From NCBI GenBank assembly GCA_964465135.1, contig CAYXHY010000001.1, positions 1-43,805 on the forward strand: DNA of 43,805 nt, read 5' to 3'. Shown here in pieces: positions 19,631-28,869 of the stretch. Numbering within the stretch: the stretch's first letter is position 1; each line of letters starts with the position of its first letter. Made by a program: the position numbers and the translations under genes. The notes beneath the pieces are model-generated. The model was given only the letters and a program-made list of their open reading frames with translations, had not been told where the DNA came from and made no database searches. The stretch is from an uncultured Candidatus Saccharibacteria bacterium (GTDB lineage: Bacteria; Patescibacteriota; Saccharimonadia; Saccharimonadales; Saccharimonadaceae).

Positions 19631-19663
19631 AAAGCGCGCTGCAAGCGGTATTGAGCGCGCTTT
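19631..19663 (-). terminator. Intrinsic terminator after ileS
   Basis: AAAGCGCGCT...AGCGCGCTTT inverted repeat. Confidence 0.65.
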
Positions 19664-19681
19664 TCATTTAAGAACAGTAAA

Positions 19682-22600
19682 TTAGCGTTTGCTTAGCGTA
19701 ATCTTCATCTCTTCACCGTCAATTCTTACGGCTGTTTCAAATTCTGGTGCGTCTAGCAGTGCTTTTGTAAATTCCTCTGCTAGAACTTCTTTTGCGATTT
19801 CGGCTTCAAACTGGTCAAGTGCTCGCTTTAAGCTTTCGCTAGCAGTTTCTAAGCCTAATTTTATTCTATCATCAACGTTCAAACCGGCTTGTTTGCGCGA
19901 ATTCTGGATATGGCGGATGATTTCGCGGCTCGAACCTTCGGCTTTCAGCTCATCTGTTAAGTTGAGATCAAGTGCAGTCTCTTCGCTACCGAATTCTACC
20001 GCTTTAACATTTAATTCTTCCATCAAAATCGGTGCGAAGTCAAACGTTTCGCCGTTTTTAGCCACCATTACTTTGGCGAGGGGCTGACGAATCTTCACAC
20101 CATTCTTCGCACGAAGCGCCAACGCCTCATTAACTTGCTGGCGAACTTCTGCCATATCGGCCAAGATATCCTCGTTAATCTCGCCCGCTTCTGGCCAATC
20201 CAAGAGGTGAACGCTCTTTCCGCCAACCATATTTGACCATAATTCTTCGCTCAAGAACGGCACAAATGGAGCTAAGATTAGAGACAAGTAGCTCAAAACA
20301 TAGTGCAAGGTTTTGTAAGCCTGGAGTTTGTCATCGCCATTTTCGCTCTTCCAGAAACGGCGGCGCGAACGGCGGACAAACCAGTTCGAAGCATCATCAA
20401 GCATTGGCAAAACACCTTCCAGCGCACGCGGAATGTCGTATTTATCCATATTTTCAGTAATATCGTTGCGTAGTTCGTGCACGCGACTAACAATCCATTT
20501 ATCAAGCGGATTAGCAAGCTCCGAACTCGGATCTTTTAGCTCGCCTGTAAATTCCCAACCGTCAACTTCAGCGTACATCGTGAAGAAATCATACATATTC
20601 CAGATCATCGAAAGCTTACGCGCGGTATCGTTGACATCTTTGTCGTGCAGAGCAAAATCTTCCCCGCTTAATAGTGGCGAACTCAGAAGCAAAAAGCGCA
20701 GGCTGTCAGCCGAATATTGATCCATCAATTCGTTCGGATCGGTGAAATTGCCGAGACTTTTACTCATTTTTCGACCATCATTTCCAGCTACCACACCAGT
20801 AGTGATGACATTTTTGAAGGCGTTTTTACCAAATAGTGCTGTGTTTACAGCATGAACGTAGTAGAACCACGCTCGAACCTGACCAACATATTCAACAATG
20901 AAATCGCCTGGGAAGTTGGCTTCAAATTTTTCTTTGTTTTCAAAAGGATAATGGAATTGCGCAAACGGCATTGAACCACTCTCAAACCAGCAGTCGAGCA
21001 CCTTTTCGATGCGTGTATATTTTTCGCCGTCAATCTCAAATGTGATGTCATCCACCCATGGTCGGTGATAATCCTCTAGTTCAACACCCGAAAGATCCTT
21101 GAGCTCTTGGTATGAACCAACAACTTTTATTTTGCCGCTTTCAGATTTCCAAACCGGCATCGCTGTCGCCCAGAAGCGATCGCGCGACAAATTCCAATCT
21201 GGTGCGGCTTCGATATTTTTAGCGAATCGGCCGTGCTTGAGATGACCCGGGAACCAGTTAATATTCTCATTTTCTTCCAGCATCATCTGTTTCTGGCCGT
21301 CGATATCAAAGAACCAGCTTGGAATTGCTCGATACATAATTCTCTGTTTACTGCGCGGATTAAACGGATATTCGTGGCGAATCATCTCCGTTTTCCAGAC
21401 GACACCCTCTTTTGTAAGCGCCTTCGCTAGCATTTTATTCGAACTAAAGACTTCGTAATTTTCGAGGCTTTCTTCAACTTCTTTCTCAAAATTATTAGTA
21501 CTCTTTGCTATTTTTTGAACCGTCTTAACGCCAGATTTTCCTAGGATTTCGTGGAAATTTTCACCAAAATTTGAATTAAAAATCAAACTCAAACCTCGTG
21601 AAACTTCGTCAAAGTAAACACCAGAATCATCCAAGACATGTAGCCGCGGAATCTTCTCAGACTCTGCCAATGTAAAGTCTTCCTCACCGTAAATCGGCGC
21701 AATATGTACAATTCCAGTGCCAGAATCGGCCGAAACATAGTCCGCCGCCCAGATTTTGGCAAAATTTTCATGGTTAGATTTTTTATTTGACATCTGGTTC
21801 ATATCTTCTGCAAAAAGCTCGTCGTAATCAAACCATTTTTGCATTAGAGGTTCATATTCTTGGCCAACCAAATCTGCACCGTCCACCAAACACTCTAAAT
21901 GATATTCAAGCGGTTGATTTCTTTCATCAACTAAGACCTTCTCAATCAAATCTTTCGCTAAAATCAAATACAAATCCTGACCATTTTTGTCTTGAATTTT
22001 AACCTTTGCATAAACCAAATCCGGGCTAATTGCTAGCGCCGTGTTTGCGGGTAAAGTCCAAGGTGTTGTTGTCCAGACTAACAGATGGGTCTCTTCTTTT
22101 GAGCCATCTGGATCGACAAAATCTTTTAGCTTGAATTTTACATAAACACTCGGATCGGTAACCGTCTGGTAGGCGTCATTATCCATAGTGACTTCATTTT
22201 TCGAAACCGGCGTAGCAAATTTCGTGTCGAACATCAAAACCTTTTCACCTTCGTAGATCTTACCCTTTTCATAAAGTGTTTTGAAAGCCCACCAGACCGA
22301 TTCCATGAACTCTTTATCCATAGTTTTGTAGGCATTTTTAAACTCTACCCAACGACCGATTCGATCAATTGTATTCTCCCACAAACCAGCTGTCGCCACC
22401 ATACTTTCGCGGGCGGTAACGATATAATCTTCAAGCGAGATCCTAGTGCCGATTTCGCGACGATCAGTAATATTAAGTTTTTTCTCAACAAAATTCTCTG
22501 CCGGCAAGCCATGGCAATCCCAACCCCATCGGCGCTCAACGCGATTACCGAGCATGGTCTGGTAACGCGGCACGGCATCTTTGACAATCGAACTCAGTAG

Positions 22601-22774
22601 CGTTCCGTGGTGCGGCACACCTGTAATAAATGGCGGACCATCATAAAACACAAAAGATTTGTCGGCCGAGCGCTGTTCAACTGACTGCTCAAATGTTTTT
22701 TCTTCTTTCCATTTCGCTAGCACCTCCGCCTCATATTGCTTGGCGCGCTTTCTTGAATTTGCTTTAAATTTCAT
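19682..22774 (-). CDS. ileS: Isoleucine--tRNA ligase, type 2 (IleRS2)
   Basis: FYDGPPF, GWDCHGLP, WTTTPWTLP, DWNLSRDRFW, LDCWFESGSMP, KMSKS, type-2 C-terminal extension; ATG 22774 overlaps the upstream TGA (ATGA). Confidence 0.97.
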   Translation of the reverse strand: MKFKANSRKRAKQYEAEVLAKWKEEKTFEQSVEQRSADKSFVFYDGPPFITGVPHHGTLLSSIVKDAVPRYQTMLGNRVERRWGWDCHGLPAENFVEKKLNITDRREIGTRISLEDYIVTARESMVATAGLWENTIDRIGRWVEFKNAYKTMDKEFMESVWWAFKTLYEKGKIYEGEKVLMFDTKFATPVSKNEVTMDNDAYQTVTDPSVYVKFKLKDFVDPDGSKEETHLLVWTTTPWTLPANTALAISPDLVYAKVKIQDKNGQDLYLILAKDLIEKVLVDERNQPLEYHLECLVDGADLVGQEYEPLMQKWFDYDELFAEDMNQMSNKKSNHENFAKIWAADYVSADSGTGIVHIAPIYGEEDFTLAESEKIPRLHVLDDSGVYFDEVSRGLSLIFNSNFGENFHEILGKSGVKTVQKIAKSTNNFEKEVEESLENYEVFSSNKMLAKALTKEGVVWKTEMIRHEYPFNPRSKQRIMYRAIPSWFFDIDGQKQMMLEENENINWFPGHLKHGRFAKNIEAAPDWNLSRDRFWATAMPVWKSESGKIKVVGSYQELKDLSGVELEDYHRPWVDDITFEIDGEKYTRIEKVLDCWFESGSMPFAQFHYPFENKEKFEANFPGDFIVEYVGQVRAWFYYVHAVNTALFGKNAFKNVITTGVVAGNDGRKMSKSLGNFTDPNELMDQYSADSLRFLLLSSPLLSGEDFALHDKDVNDTARKLSMIWNMYDFFTMYAEVDGWEFTGELKDPSSELANPLDKWIVSRVHELRNDITENMDKYDIPRALEGVLPMLDDASNWFVRRSRRRFWKSENGDDKLQAYKTLHYVLSYLSLILAPFVPFLSEELWSNMVGGKSVHLLDWPEAGEINEDILADMAEVRQQVNEALALRAKNGVKIRQPLAKVMVAKNGETFDFAPILMEELNVKAVEFGSEETALDLNLTDELKAEGSSREIIRHIQNSRKQAGLNVDDRIKLGLETASESLKRALDQFEAEIAKEVLAEEFTKALLDAPEFETAVRIDGEEMKITLSKR

Positions 22775-23118
22775 ATTCTCTCCTTCCATTTCTCTTCGTT
22801 AAATCCTACCAAAACCTCATCTTCTAAAACCAAAATTGGTCGTTTAACCAGCATCGGATTTTTAGACAAAATCTCTAGCTGTTGCTTTTCCGTCATTTTT
22901 AGCAATCGATTTTTCATATCCGTCTCACGATACAAATTGCCGCTAGTATTAAAGAATTTCTTTAGCTCTAGACCCGATTTTCGCCAGTATTTTTCTAGAG
23001 TTTTCTCTGGAATTGGCTGCTCAGTGTAGTCAATTTGCTCAAACTTTACGTCAGCTTCCTCTAGAAATTTAATCGCTTTTCTACAAGTTGAACATTTATT
23101 ATAGCAATAAATTATCAT
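22771..23118 (-). CDS. ArsC/Spx-family (YffB/YusI-like) thioredoxin-fold protein
   Basis: CSTCRKA, FFNTSG..YRE, PMLVKRPIL; AGGAG before ATG 23118; alternative in-frame ATG at 23166. Confidence 0.88.
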   Translation of the reverse strand: MIIYCYNKCSTCRKAIKFLEEADVKFEQIDYTEQPIPEKTLEKYWRKSGLELKKFFNTSGNLYRETDMKNRLLKMTEKQQLEILSKNPMLVKRPILVLEDEVLVGFNEEKWKERI

Positions 23119-23175
23119 TTTATCTCCTACACTTCTTGATGAGCTAAGTTTTAGCCCGTAGCGCATTTCCTCCAA

Positions 23176-23367
23176 AATAAAAACTTCTTTTAGATATCAG
23201 AATTCGTTTACACGAACGGTACCATCTGATTTCCAAAAGAAGTGTTTCTTTTAGCGCTTAATTTTAGCTTTTTCGGAGCTTTCCCGCCTGATTCTACTAG
23301 GGTAAGACCGTTCTTTCAGGTGGCGTTCATGGGTGATGACCACTATCTCTAATAGAGTTGCCGTATG
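23176..23367 (-). ncRNA. Ile T-box riboswitch, ultrashort Stem I (actinobacterial ileS-like)
   Basis: Specifier ATC (23337-23335) in GGTCATCACC; Stem II AAGAACGG...CCCTAGTAGAA; IIA/B CGGGAAAGCTCCG...AGCT; Stem III CTAAAAGAA/TTCTTTTGG; ATCAGA-TGGTACC-GTTCG...CGAAT-TCTGAT antiterminator fold; promoter TTGCCG-17-TATAAT at 23402-23374; upstream of ileS. Confidence 0.88.
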
Positions 23368-23416
23368 TCTTAAATTATACCAAAAAATACAAAAATCGGC
23401 AAGTAAATATCTGATT

Positions 23417-23674
23417 TTAGGCGTAATAACTGACTTCATTAATAGTCGGCAATGGCCGGCCACGCCACATATGCAAGACAGACCCTTCGTCAGAAACAGA
23501 AATAATTGTCGGGTATTCAACAATATCATACGCTCGCAAAAACCCTTCATGAATGCGAGATTCCGGATCCATCACCTCTAATTGTTTGCCTGTTTGCTGC
23601 TCAAAATCGCGCAAATAGTCTATAACTTCACGCGCGTGATCACTATGTTCTTTATAAATTATTATAGTTCTCAT
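23417..23674 (-). CDS. Small hypothetical protein, probable Cys-free thioredoxin-like fold
   Basis: 85 aa, YDIVEYPTII cis-Pro-like motif; start overlaps nrdR stop. Confidence 0.75.
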   Translation of the reverse strand: MRTIIIYKEHSDHAREVIDYLRDFEQQTGKQLEVMDPESRIHEGFLRAYDIVEYPTIISVSDEGSVLHMWRGRPLPTINEVSYYA

Positions 23675-24126
23675 TAATTATTTCCTCCCACTTCTTTCTT
23701 GCTCTGAGCTAAGATCTCCTCAAAATCATCAATCGTTTCAAACTCATGAAAAACACTCGCAAAGCGAATATAAGCTACTTTATTAATGTCAAATAGAGCT
23801 GATAAAACTTCTTCACCGATCTGCCGTGAAGAAACCTTTGTCTCTTTTCTTAGGAGATTATCTTCTACACGGTTAATGATTTCTTCAATCTGCATATCGC
23901 TGACGAATTTGCCGACTGCGCGGATAATAGAATTTTGCAATTTTAAACGATCAAAGTACTCTTTACCGCCATGGCTTTTCATCACCACTATTTGCGGCTT
24001 TTCAATACGTTCATAGGTAGTAAACCTCACCCCATCTGGCGCCAACCTACGCCTGCGAATAGACTGACCATCTGATGATGTTCGGCTTTCTAAAACTTTA
24101 GTTTCGTCTATTGTGTATTCTTCCAT
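23674..24126 (-). CDS. nrdR: Transcriptional repressor NrdR lacking zinc-ribbon cysteines
   Basis: TKVLESR...SIRRRR...RFTTYERIE, ATP cone, VAYIRFASVF. Confidence 0.92.
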   Translation of the reverse strand: MEEYTIDETKVLESRTSSDGQSIRRRRLAPDGVRFTTYERIEKPQIVVMKSHGGKEYFDRLKLQNSIIRAVGKFVSDMQIEEIINRVEDNLLRKETKVSSRQIGEEVLSALFDINKVAYIRFASVFHEFETIDDFEEILAQSKKEVGGNN

Positions 24127-25341
24127 CTATTCCTGATTCTTTTTATTGCGTTTGCGCCGTCTTAGAAAGGCTGGAGTGTCGTTTTCATCATCTTCATCTG
24201 CGGTTGCCCAAATATTTGAATCCTCTTCCTCACTCGAAAAATCACTCGCACCAGACTCATCCTTGTCTAGTTCCATATCAATAGCTTCTGATACAGCCGA
24301 AGGCTCGTCTGATTCTTCTGTGTCTAGAGAAAAAGTTTGCTCAACAACACTATCTAGAGTTTTAACTGGTTCAGGCTCTCCGTAAAGACCATCAAACCCA
24401 GTTGCGATAACAGTAATGATTAGCTCATCTTCAAGATCTGGCTTCAAAGTTGCGCCAAATATAATATTAGCATCTGGCGAGACCGCACTAGTGATAATTT
24501 CGGCAGCCTCTTGGATCTCGCTCATACTCATATCATAACCACCACAAACGTTGAATAGGACACCACGCGCACCATCAATCGAAACTTCAATCAGAGGCGA
24601 CTCAATCGCTTGTTGCGCAGCCTGAGCGGCTCGATCTTCGCCGCTAGCACGACCAATCCCCATCAATGCAGAGCCAGCACTACTCATAACAGCTTTAACG
24701 TCGGCAAAGTCAAGATTAATTAGACCGTGTTCGGTAATAAGCTCTGAAATCCCCTGAACACCTTGGCGCAAAACGTCATCGGCAATTTTAAAGGTTTCAA
24801 GAAGTGGAGTTCGGCGATCAATCGTTTGAAGAAGGCGGTCATTTGGAATTGTAATCAAAGTATCAACTGAACGTGAAAGCTGACTGATCGCCCAATCAGC
24901 GTTAGTTTTACGCTTAGCACCTTCAAAACTGAACGGACGGGTCGCTACGCCAACTACCAAAATTCCTAGCTCGCGAGCGATTTCTGCTACCACATGGCCA
25001 GCGCCAGAGCCTGTTCCACCACCAGCACCAATCGTCACAAATACCATATCCGCACCCTCAAGTGCGTCTTTAATCTCTTCACGAGACTCATTAGCAGCTG
25101 TCTCACCAACTGACGGATCAGCACCCGCCCCAAGACCATTTGTAGTTGCATGACCTAGGTGAATTTTAATATCGGCTTTTGAATTATGAAGCGCTTGAGC
25201 GTCAGTATTCATAGCGATAAACTGCACGCCACTAAGACCGGCGTCTTTCATGCGGTTAACGGCACTTCCACCGGCACCACCAACACCTACAACTTTTATA
25301 CTAGCGAATGTCTGAACTTCATTTGGTATTACTTCTGGCAT
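24127..25341 (-). CDS. ftsZ: Cell division protein FtsZ
   Basis: GGGTGSG tubulin signature, NLDFADV, C-terminal DTPAFLRR. Confidence 0.98.
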   Translation of the reverse strand: MPEVIPNEVQTFASIKVVGVGGAGGSAVNRMKDAGLSGVQFIAMNTDAQALHNSKADIKIHLGHATTNGLGAGADPSVGETAANESREEIKDALEGADMVFVTIGAGGGTGSGAGHVVAEIARELGILVVGVATRPFSFEGAKRKTNADWAISQLSRSVDTLITIPNDRLLQTIDRRTPLLETFKIADDVLRQGVQGISELITEHGLINLDFADVKAVMSSAGSALMGIGRASGEDRAAQAAQQAIESPLIEVSIDGARGVLFNVCGGYDMSMSEIQEAAEIITSAVSPDANIIFGATLKPDLEDELIITVIATGFDGLYGEPEPVKTLDSVVEQTFSLDTEESDEPSAVSEAIDMELDKDESGASDFSSEEEDSNIWATADEDDENDTPAFLRRRKRNKKNQE

Positions 25342-25375
25342 CTTTTCTCCTCTTTACTACTCCAATTATAACAAT

Positions 25376-26581
25376 TTATTTCTTTTTTCCAAATAATTTT
25401 TTGAAAATTCCTTCACCCCTACTAGAGTTTACTTGTCCGGAATCGGCGTAGTTTACATCTAGTAGCATCAATCCTATCGCTGCTGAGAGCTCAGGTTTGG
25501 CGATTTTTCCGGCAGCGCTATTGATTTTACTCAAATCCGCCACTTGCGACGCCAACTCAAGATGGTTTTTAGCAAATTCATTTATCTTTCTGAGATTAGC
25601 TCCACCACCGGTCAGTACTACACCACTAGGTAATTTTTTATCCTTGCCAGCTCTCTTTAGCTCTTTTCGGATTGCGTTAAAGATCTCTTCTAGTCGCGCT
25701 TCAATAATCTCATCGATATCTTCTACCGCAAAACTATAATGCTCCTTTTCGCGCTTTACCATTACATTACGCCGTTCACTTCTAGGGATCGCTGTTCCGT
25801 GCTGGATTTTAACAATCTCAGCTACTTCCGGCACAGTTTTAAGACCAATCGCTAGATCGTTAGTGATATTCGAACCTCCAACTGGAATTACTCGCACGAA
25901 TTGCAAATCGCCATCTTCAAAAATAGCCAAACTGGTTGTTGATGCACCAAAATCAATTACCGCTACACCGCTTTCCATCTGAGATTCGCTAAGTACGGCT
26001 TTAGCTGAAGCCACAACACTAGGAACCACTTGATCAGGTGCAACATTCGCCATTTCGGTAGTTTTGCGTAAATTGCTCAAATATGGAGTTAATGCTGAAA
26101 TTACATTCGCATCAACCTCGAGCCTAGACCCCGTCATACCGAGCGGATCACGAATACTATCTTGACCGTCTAATTTATAAGAATGCGGCACAAAATCCAA
26201 AATCTCCCTATTAGCTGGGATCTTACCAAGGGTTGCCACATCTTCAAGTCGTAAAATATCAGATTCGTTAATCTCATGGTCAAGCGCACCAATCGCGATC
26301 ATACCATCGGTTTTAGTACTTAAAATATGCGAACCATTTATACTAATTGTAGCCCGGTTTACCTGGAAACCACTAACCCTTTCAGCCTCGCCTAGAGCCT
26401 GATCAATAGCTTTCGCTGGCCCCGATAAATTAGAAATAACACCTTTGCGCATGCCCGAATTCTTAGCTTCACCCACACCAACGACGGTTGGCTGCATCTC
26501 ATCGTTCAAGCTTGCCACTACACACTTAATGGAATCTGTCCCGATATCGATTCCTACCACATATTGAGAATTCTCGTTCAT
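25376..26581 (-). CDS. ftsA: Cell division protein FtsA
   Basis: GIDIGT, IDFGASTT, ITNDLA, VVLTGGGA; upstream of ftsZ. Confidence 0.96.
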   Translation of the reverse strand: MNENSQYVVGIDIGTDSIKCVVASLNDEMQPTVVGVGEAKNSGMRKGVISNLSGPAKAIDQALGEAERVSGFQVNRATISINGSHILSTKTDGMIAIGALDHEINESDILRLEDVATLGKIPANREILDFVPHSYKLDGQDSIRDPLGMTGSRLEVDANVISALTPYLSNLRKTTEMANVAPDQVVPSVVASAKAVLSESQMESGVAVIDFGASTTSLAIFEDGDLQFVRVIPVGGSNITNDLAIGLKTVPEVAEIVKIQHGTAIPRSERRNVMVKREKEHYSFAVEDIDEIIEARLEEIFNAIRKELKRAGKDKKLPSGVVLTGGGANLRKINEFAKNHLELASQVADLSKINSAAGKIAKPELSAAIGLMLLDVNYADSGQVNSSRGEGIFKKLFGKKK

Positions 26582-26677
26582 AAATTTATTATACCGCTAA
26601 TGCCAAAAAATCGCAAGTTTCCTCTACTAAAAACAAAAAGCACCCTTTGAGGTGCAGTTTGTAGGTTATAATATCAC

Positions 26678-26763
26678 TGGTGCTGGGAGAAAGATTCGAA
26701 CTTTCGAAGGCATCTGCCGGCAGATTTACAGTCTGCTGTGTTTGACCGCTTCACTATCCCAGC
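26678..26763 (-). tRNA. tRNA-Tyr(GTA)
   Basis: Acceptor GCTGGGA/TCCCAGC, anticodon arm GCAGA-CTGTAAA-TCTGC, long variable arm, TTCGAA, encoded CCA. Confidence 0.96.
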
Positions 26764-26777
26764 GCGTAATCTAATTC

Positions 26778-26854
26778 TGGAGCCACCTTTCGGATTCGAA
26801 CCGAAGGCCTGCTGTTTACAAAACAGCTGCTCTAACCAGCTGAGCTAAGGTGGC
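26778..26854 (-). tRNA. tRNA-Thr(TGT)
   Basis: Acceptor GCCACCT/AGGTGGC, anticodon arm GCTGT-TTTGTAA-ACAGC, GGTTCGAATCC, encoded CCA. Confidence 0.96.
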
Positions 26855-26932
26855 AAAACCTAGATTACATAGACGATTATACACGAAGATTTTAGATTTT
26901 TCAAGCACAAAATTGAGTTTTTTGGATATAAA

Positions 26933-26961
26933 ATAAGCTCCGGTTATTATTCGGAGCTTAT
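26933..26961 (-). terminator. Intrinsic terminator after map
   Basis: ATAAGCTCCG...CGGAGCTTAT. Confidence 0.7.
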
Positions 26962-26971
26962 TAAGTGAATT

Positions 26972-27745
26972 TTACTCTAGCGTCAGGACCTCCACACCGT
27001 CTTCGGTCACCAGCACAGTATGCTCAAAATGCGCGCTCAGGCTACCGTCTTTCATATAAACACTCCATTCGTCGCCGTCTTGGCTAAAGTTTACTTCACC
27101 CTTGCCGAGCGAAGTCATTGGCTCAATGCAGAAGGTGTCGCCCGCCTGCACCACGCTACCGCGTCCTTTTTTACCAAAATTCGGCACTTCTGGCGGCATA
27201 TGCATTTTGGCGCCAATTCCATGCCCAACTAATTGATTAACATTGCCTAATTTTGATTTCTTAAGCGATTTTTCAACCGCCGCACCGATATCTCCAGTTT
27301 TAGCGCCAGGCTTCACAACAGCTATTCCGGCCGCTAAGGCTTTCTGGGTGTCGTTTAGTAAATGCTTCACTGCACCGCTAGGATTTCCGCCAATATATGA
27401 GGTTATGCAGGCATCTACCATCATTCCTTTATACGAAATAACCATATCAAAGGCCACTACATCACCTTCTTCAAACGGCTCGCCATCTGGCACACCATGA
27501 ACTACGCAATCGTTTTTAGAAATACAAACTACACCCGGAAAGTTAACATCTGGTGTTAGGTACGCCGATTCTGCGCCATATTCGGTAAGTTTTTGACGAG
27601 CGAATTCATCCACTTCTAGCCCAGTTACTCCTGGGCGAGCAAATTCGGTGATTTCACGTAAGATTCGAGCTAAAATTTTACCACCCTGTCGCATCGCTTC
27701 AATCTGTGCGGGGGTTTTGTCGCCCGTGATTAAACTAGTCCGCAC
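26972..27745 (-). CDS. map: Methionine aminopeptidase type I
   Basis: CISKNDCVVHGVP, GHGIG, IEPM, SAHFEHTV; GTG start overlapping adk. Confidence 0.96.
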   Translation of the reverse strand: MRTSLITGDKTPAQIEAMRQGGKILARILREITEFARPGVTGLEVDEFARQKLTEYGAESAYLTPDVNFPGVVCISKNDCVVHGVPDGEPFEEGDVVAFDMVISYKGMMVDACITSYIGGNPSGAVKHLLNDTQKALAAGIAVVKPGAKTGDIGAAVEKSLKKSKLGNVNQLVGHGIGAKMHMPPEVPNFGKKGRGSVVQAGDTFCIEPMTSLGKGEVNFSQDGDEWSVYMKDGSLSAHFEHTVLVTEDGVEVLTLE

Positions 27746-28281
27746 GCCGCAATCTCCTCCATCACACGGTCGTGAACCTGTCCGACCGTACCAGTTCCGT
27801 CAATGTGCGCAATCGCCACACCTTGTTCGTTTAAGAAGTCCAAAACCGGGTACATTTCTTGGCGATAAATTTTTAGTCGCTCATCGATCACTTCTGGTTG
27901 ATCGTCAAGCCGACCACGAATCTCTAAACGGCGCAAGACTTCACTGCGCGGAACTTCTAGAACGATCACTAAATCTATTTTCCGATTACCGTGATCCTGG
28001 CTATGTTGCACCAGCCATTTAGCCTGCTCTAATTGCCGCGGAAAACCGTCTAAAATCACTTTTTGAACACGATCATCAGCCCGATCAAGCGCTTCACCCA
28101 TAACTTTATTTACAATCCCTGGGTTGACCAATTTACCTGTTGACATTTCCGCCAAAAGTTCAGGATCCCGGCTGTCGCGCAGCAACTGCCCCGCGCCCAA
28201 CCAGCGCCAATCATTGCGCGCTGCCAGCAAATTGCCCTGAACACTTTTTCCAGCTCCGGCTGGACCAAAAAATATAACCAT
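27730..28281 (-). CDS. adk: Adenylate kinase (short LID)
   Basis: GPAGAGKS P-loop, GQLLR, ILDGFPR, RGRLDD; adjacent to map. Confidence 0.9.
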   Translation of the reverse strand: MVIFFGPAGAGKSVQGNLLAARNDWRWLGAGQLLRDSRDPELLAEMSTGKLVNPGIVNKVMGEALDRADDRVQKVILDGFPRQLEQAKWLVQHSQDHGNRKIDLVIVLEVPRSEVLRRLEIRGRLDDQPEVIDERLKIYRQEMYPVLDFLNEQGVAIAHIDGTGTVGQVHDRVMEEIAACGLV

Positions 28282-28356
28282 TTAATTTACCTTTTGTTTT
28301 AATTTAATCACTATTAACATTGTAGCATAAAATAGTGATAGTTGTAAATTTTTAGA

Positions 28357-28869
28357 TTAATTGTTGGCGCAATAAATTCCGCCAGATTCAAGATATATAG
28401 TCATAGCTAAGCTATTCTGTCCAGATCGCGGAACAACCTGTTCCCCTTCGCACCTAGAAGCCCAATATACTCTCACGAGCGTTCGACCAATGTTGTCCTT
28501 CATATTTGTATGATGTATAGTGTCACCAGCGTAAAAAGTATATTCATTCCCGTCCGGATCTTGAAATATGCTACCACCAGCCTTTAAATAAACATCTCTG
28601 AACTCGACGTCCCAGTTTGTGTTACGAACCCTGACCTGCCCACTATTATTCGCCTGATATTGTGCCATAGAAGCCAGTGCGCGATCAAGATCTTGTTTAC
28701 GTTGGGTGTCTCGCTGATTTCTCTGCAGTGCCGGTAGAGCTATGAAGGCCATTAGAAAGATTAGGCCTGCAATAGCAAGAACCAGAACTACTTCGATAAT
28801 CGTAAAACCAGTTTGTTGTTTGTATTTCATATTGGATTTTGTGGGTATATTGTATTTATGCTTATTCAT
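28357..28869 (-). CDS. Type IV pilin-like protein A
   Basis: Class III signal G|FTIIEVVLVLAIAGLIFLM; C-terminal Cys pair ending LESGGIYC. Confidence 0.92.
   Translation of the reverse strand: MNKHKYNIPTKSNMKYKQQTGFTIIEVVLVLAIAGLIFLMAFIALPALQRNQRDTQRKQDLDRALASMAQYQANNSGQVRVRNTNWDVEFRDVYLKAGGSIFQDPDGNEYTFYAGDTIHHTNMKDNIGRTLVRVYWASRCEGEQVVPRSGQNSLAMTIYLESGGIYCANN

Noticed and set aside
23251-23581. ORFs 23251..23550 (-) and 23333..23581 (+)
   Set aside because: They overlap the T-box leader, its promoter and the better-supported 23417..23674 gene.
26678-26854. tRNA genes as an integration site
   Set aside because: No duplicated tRNA 3' end or integrase; flanked by core genes ftsA and map.
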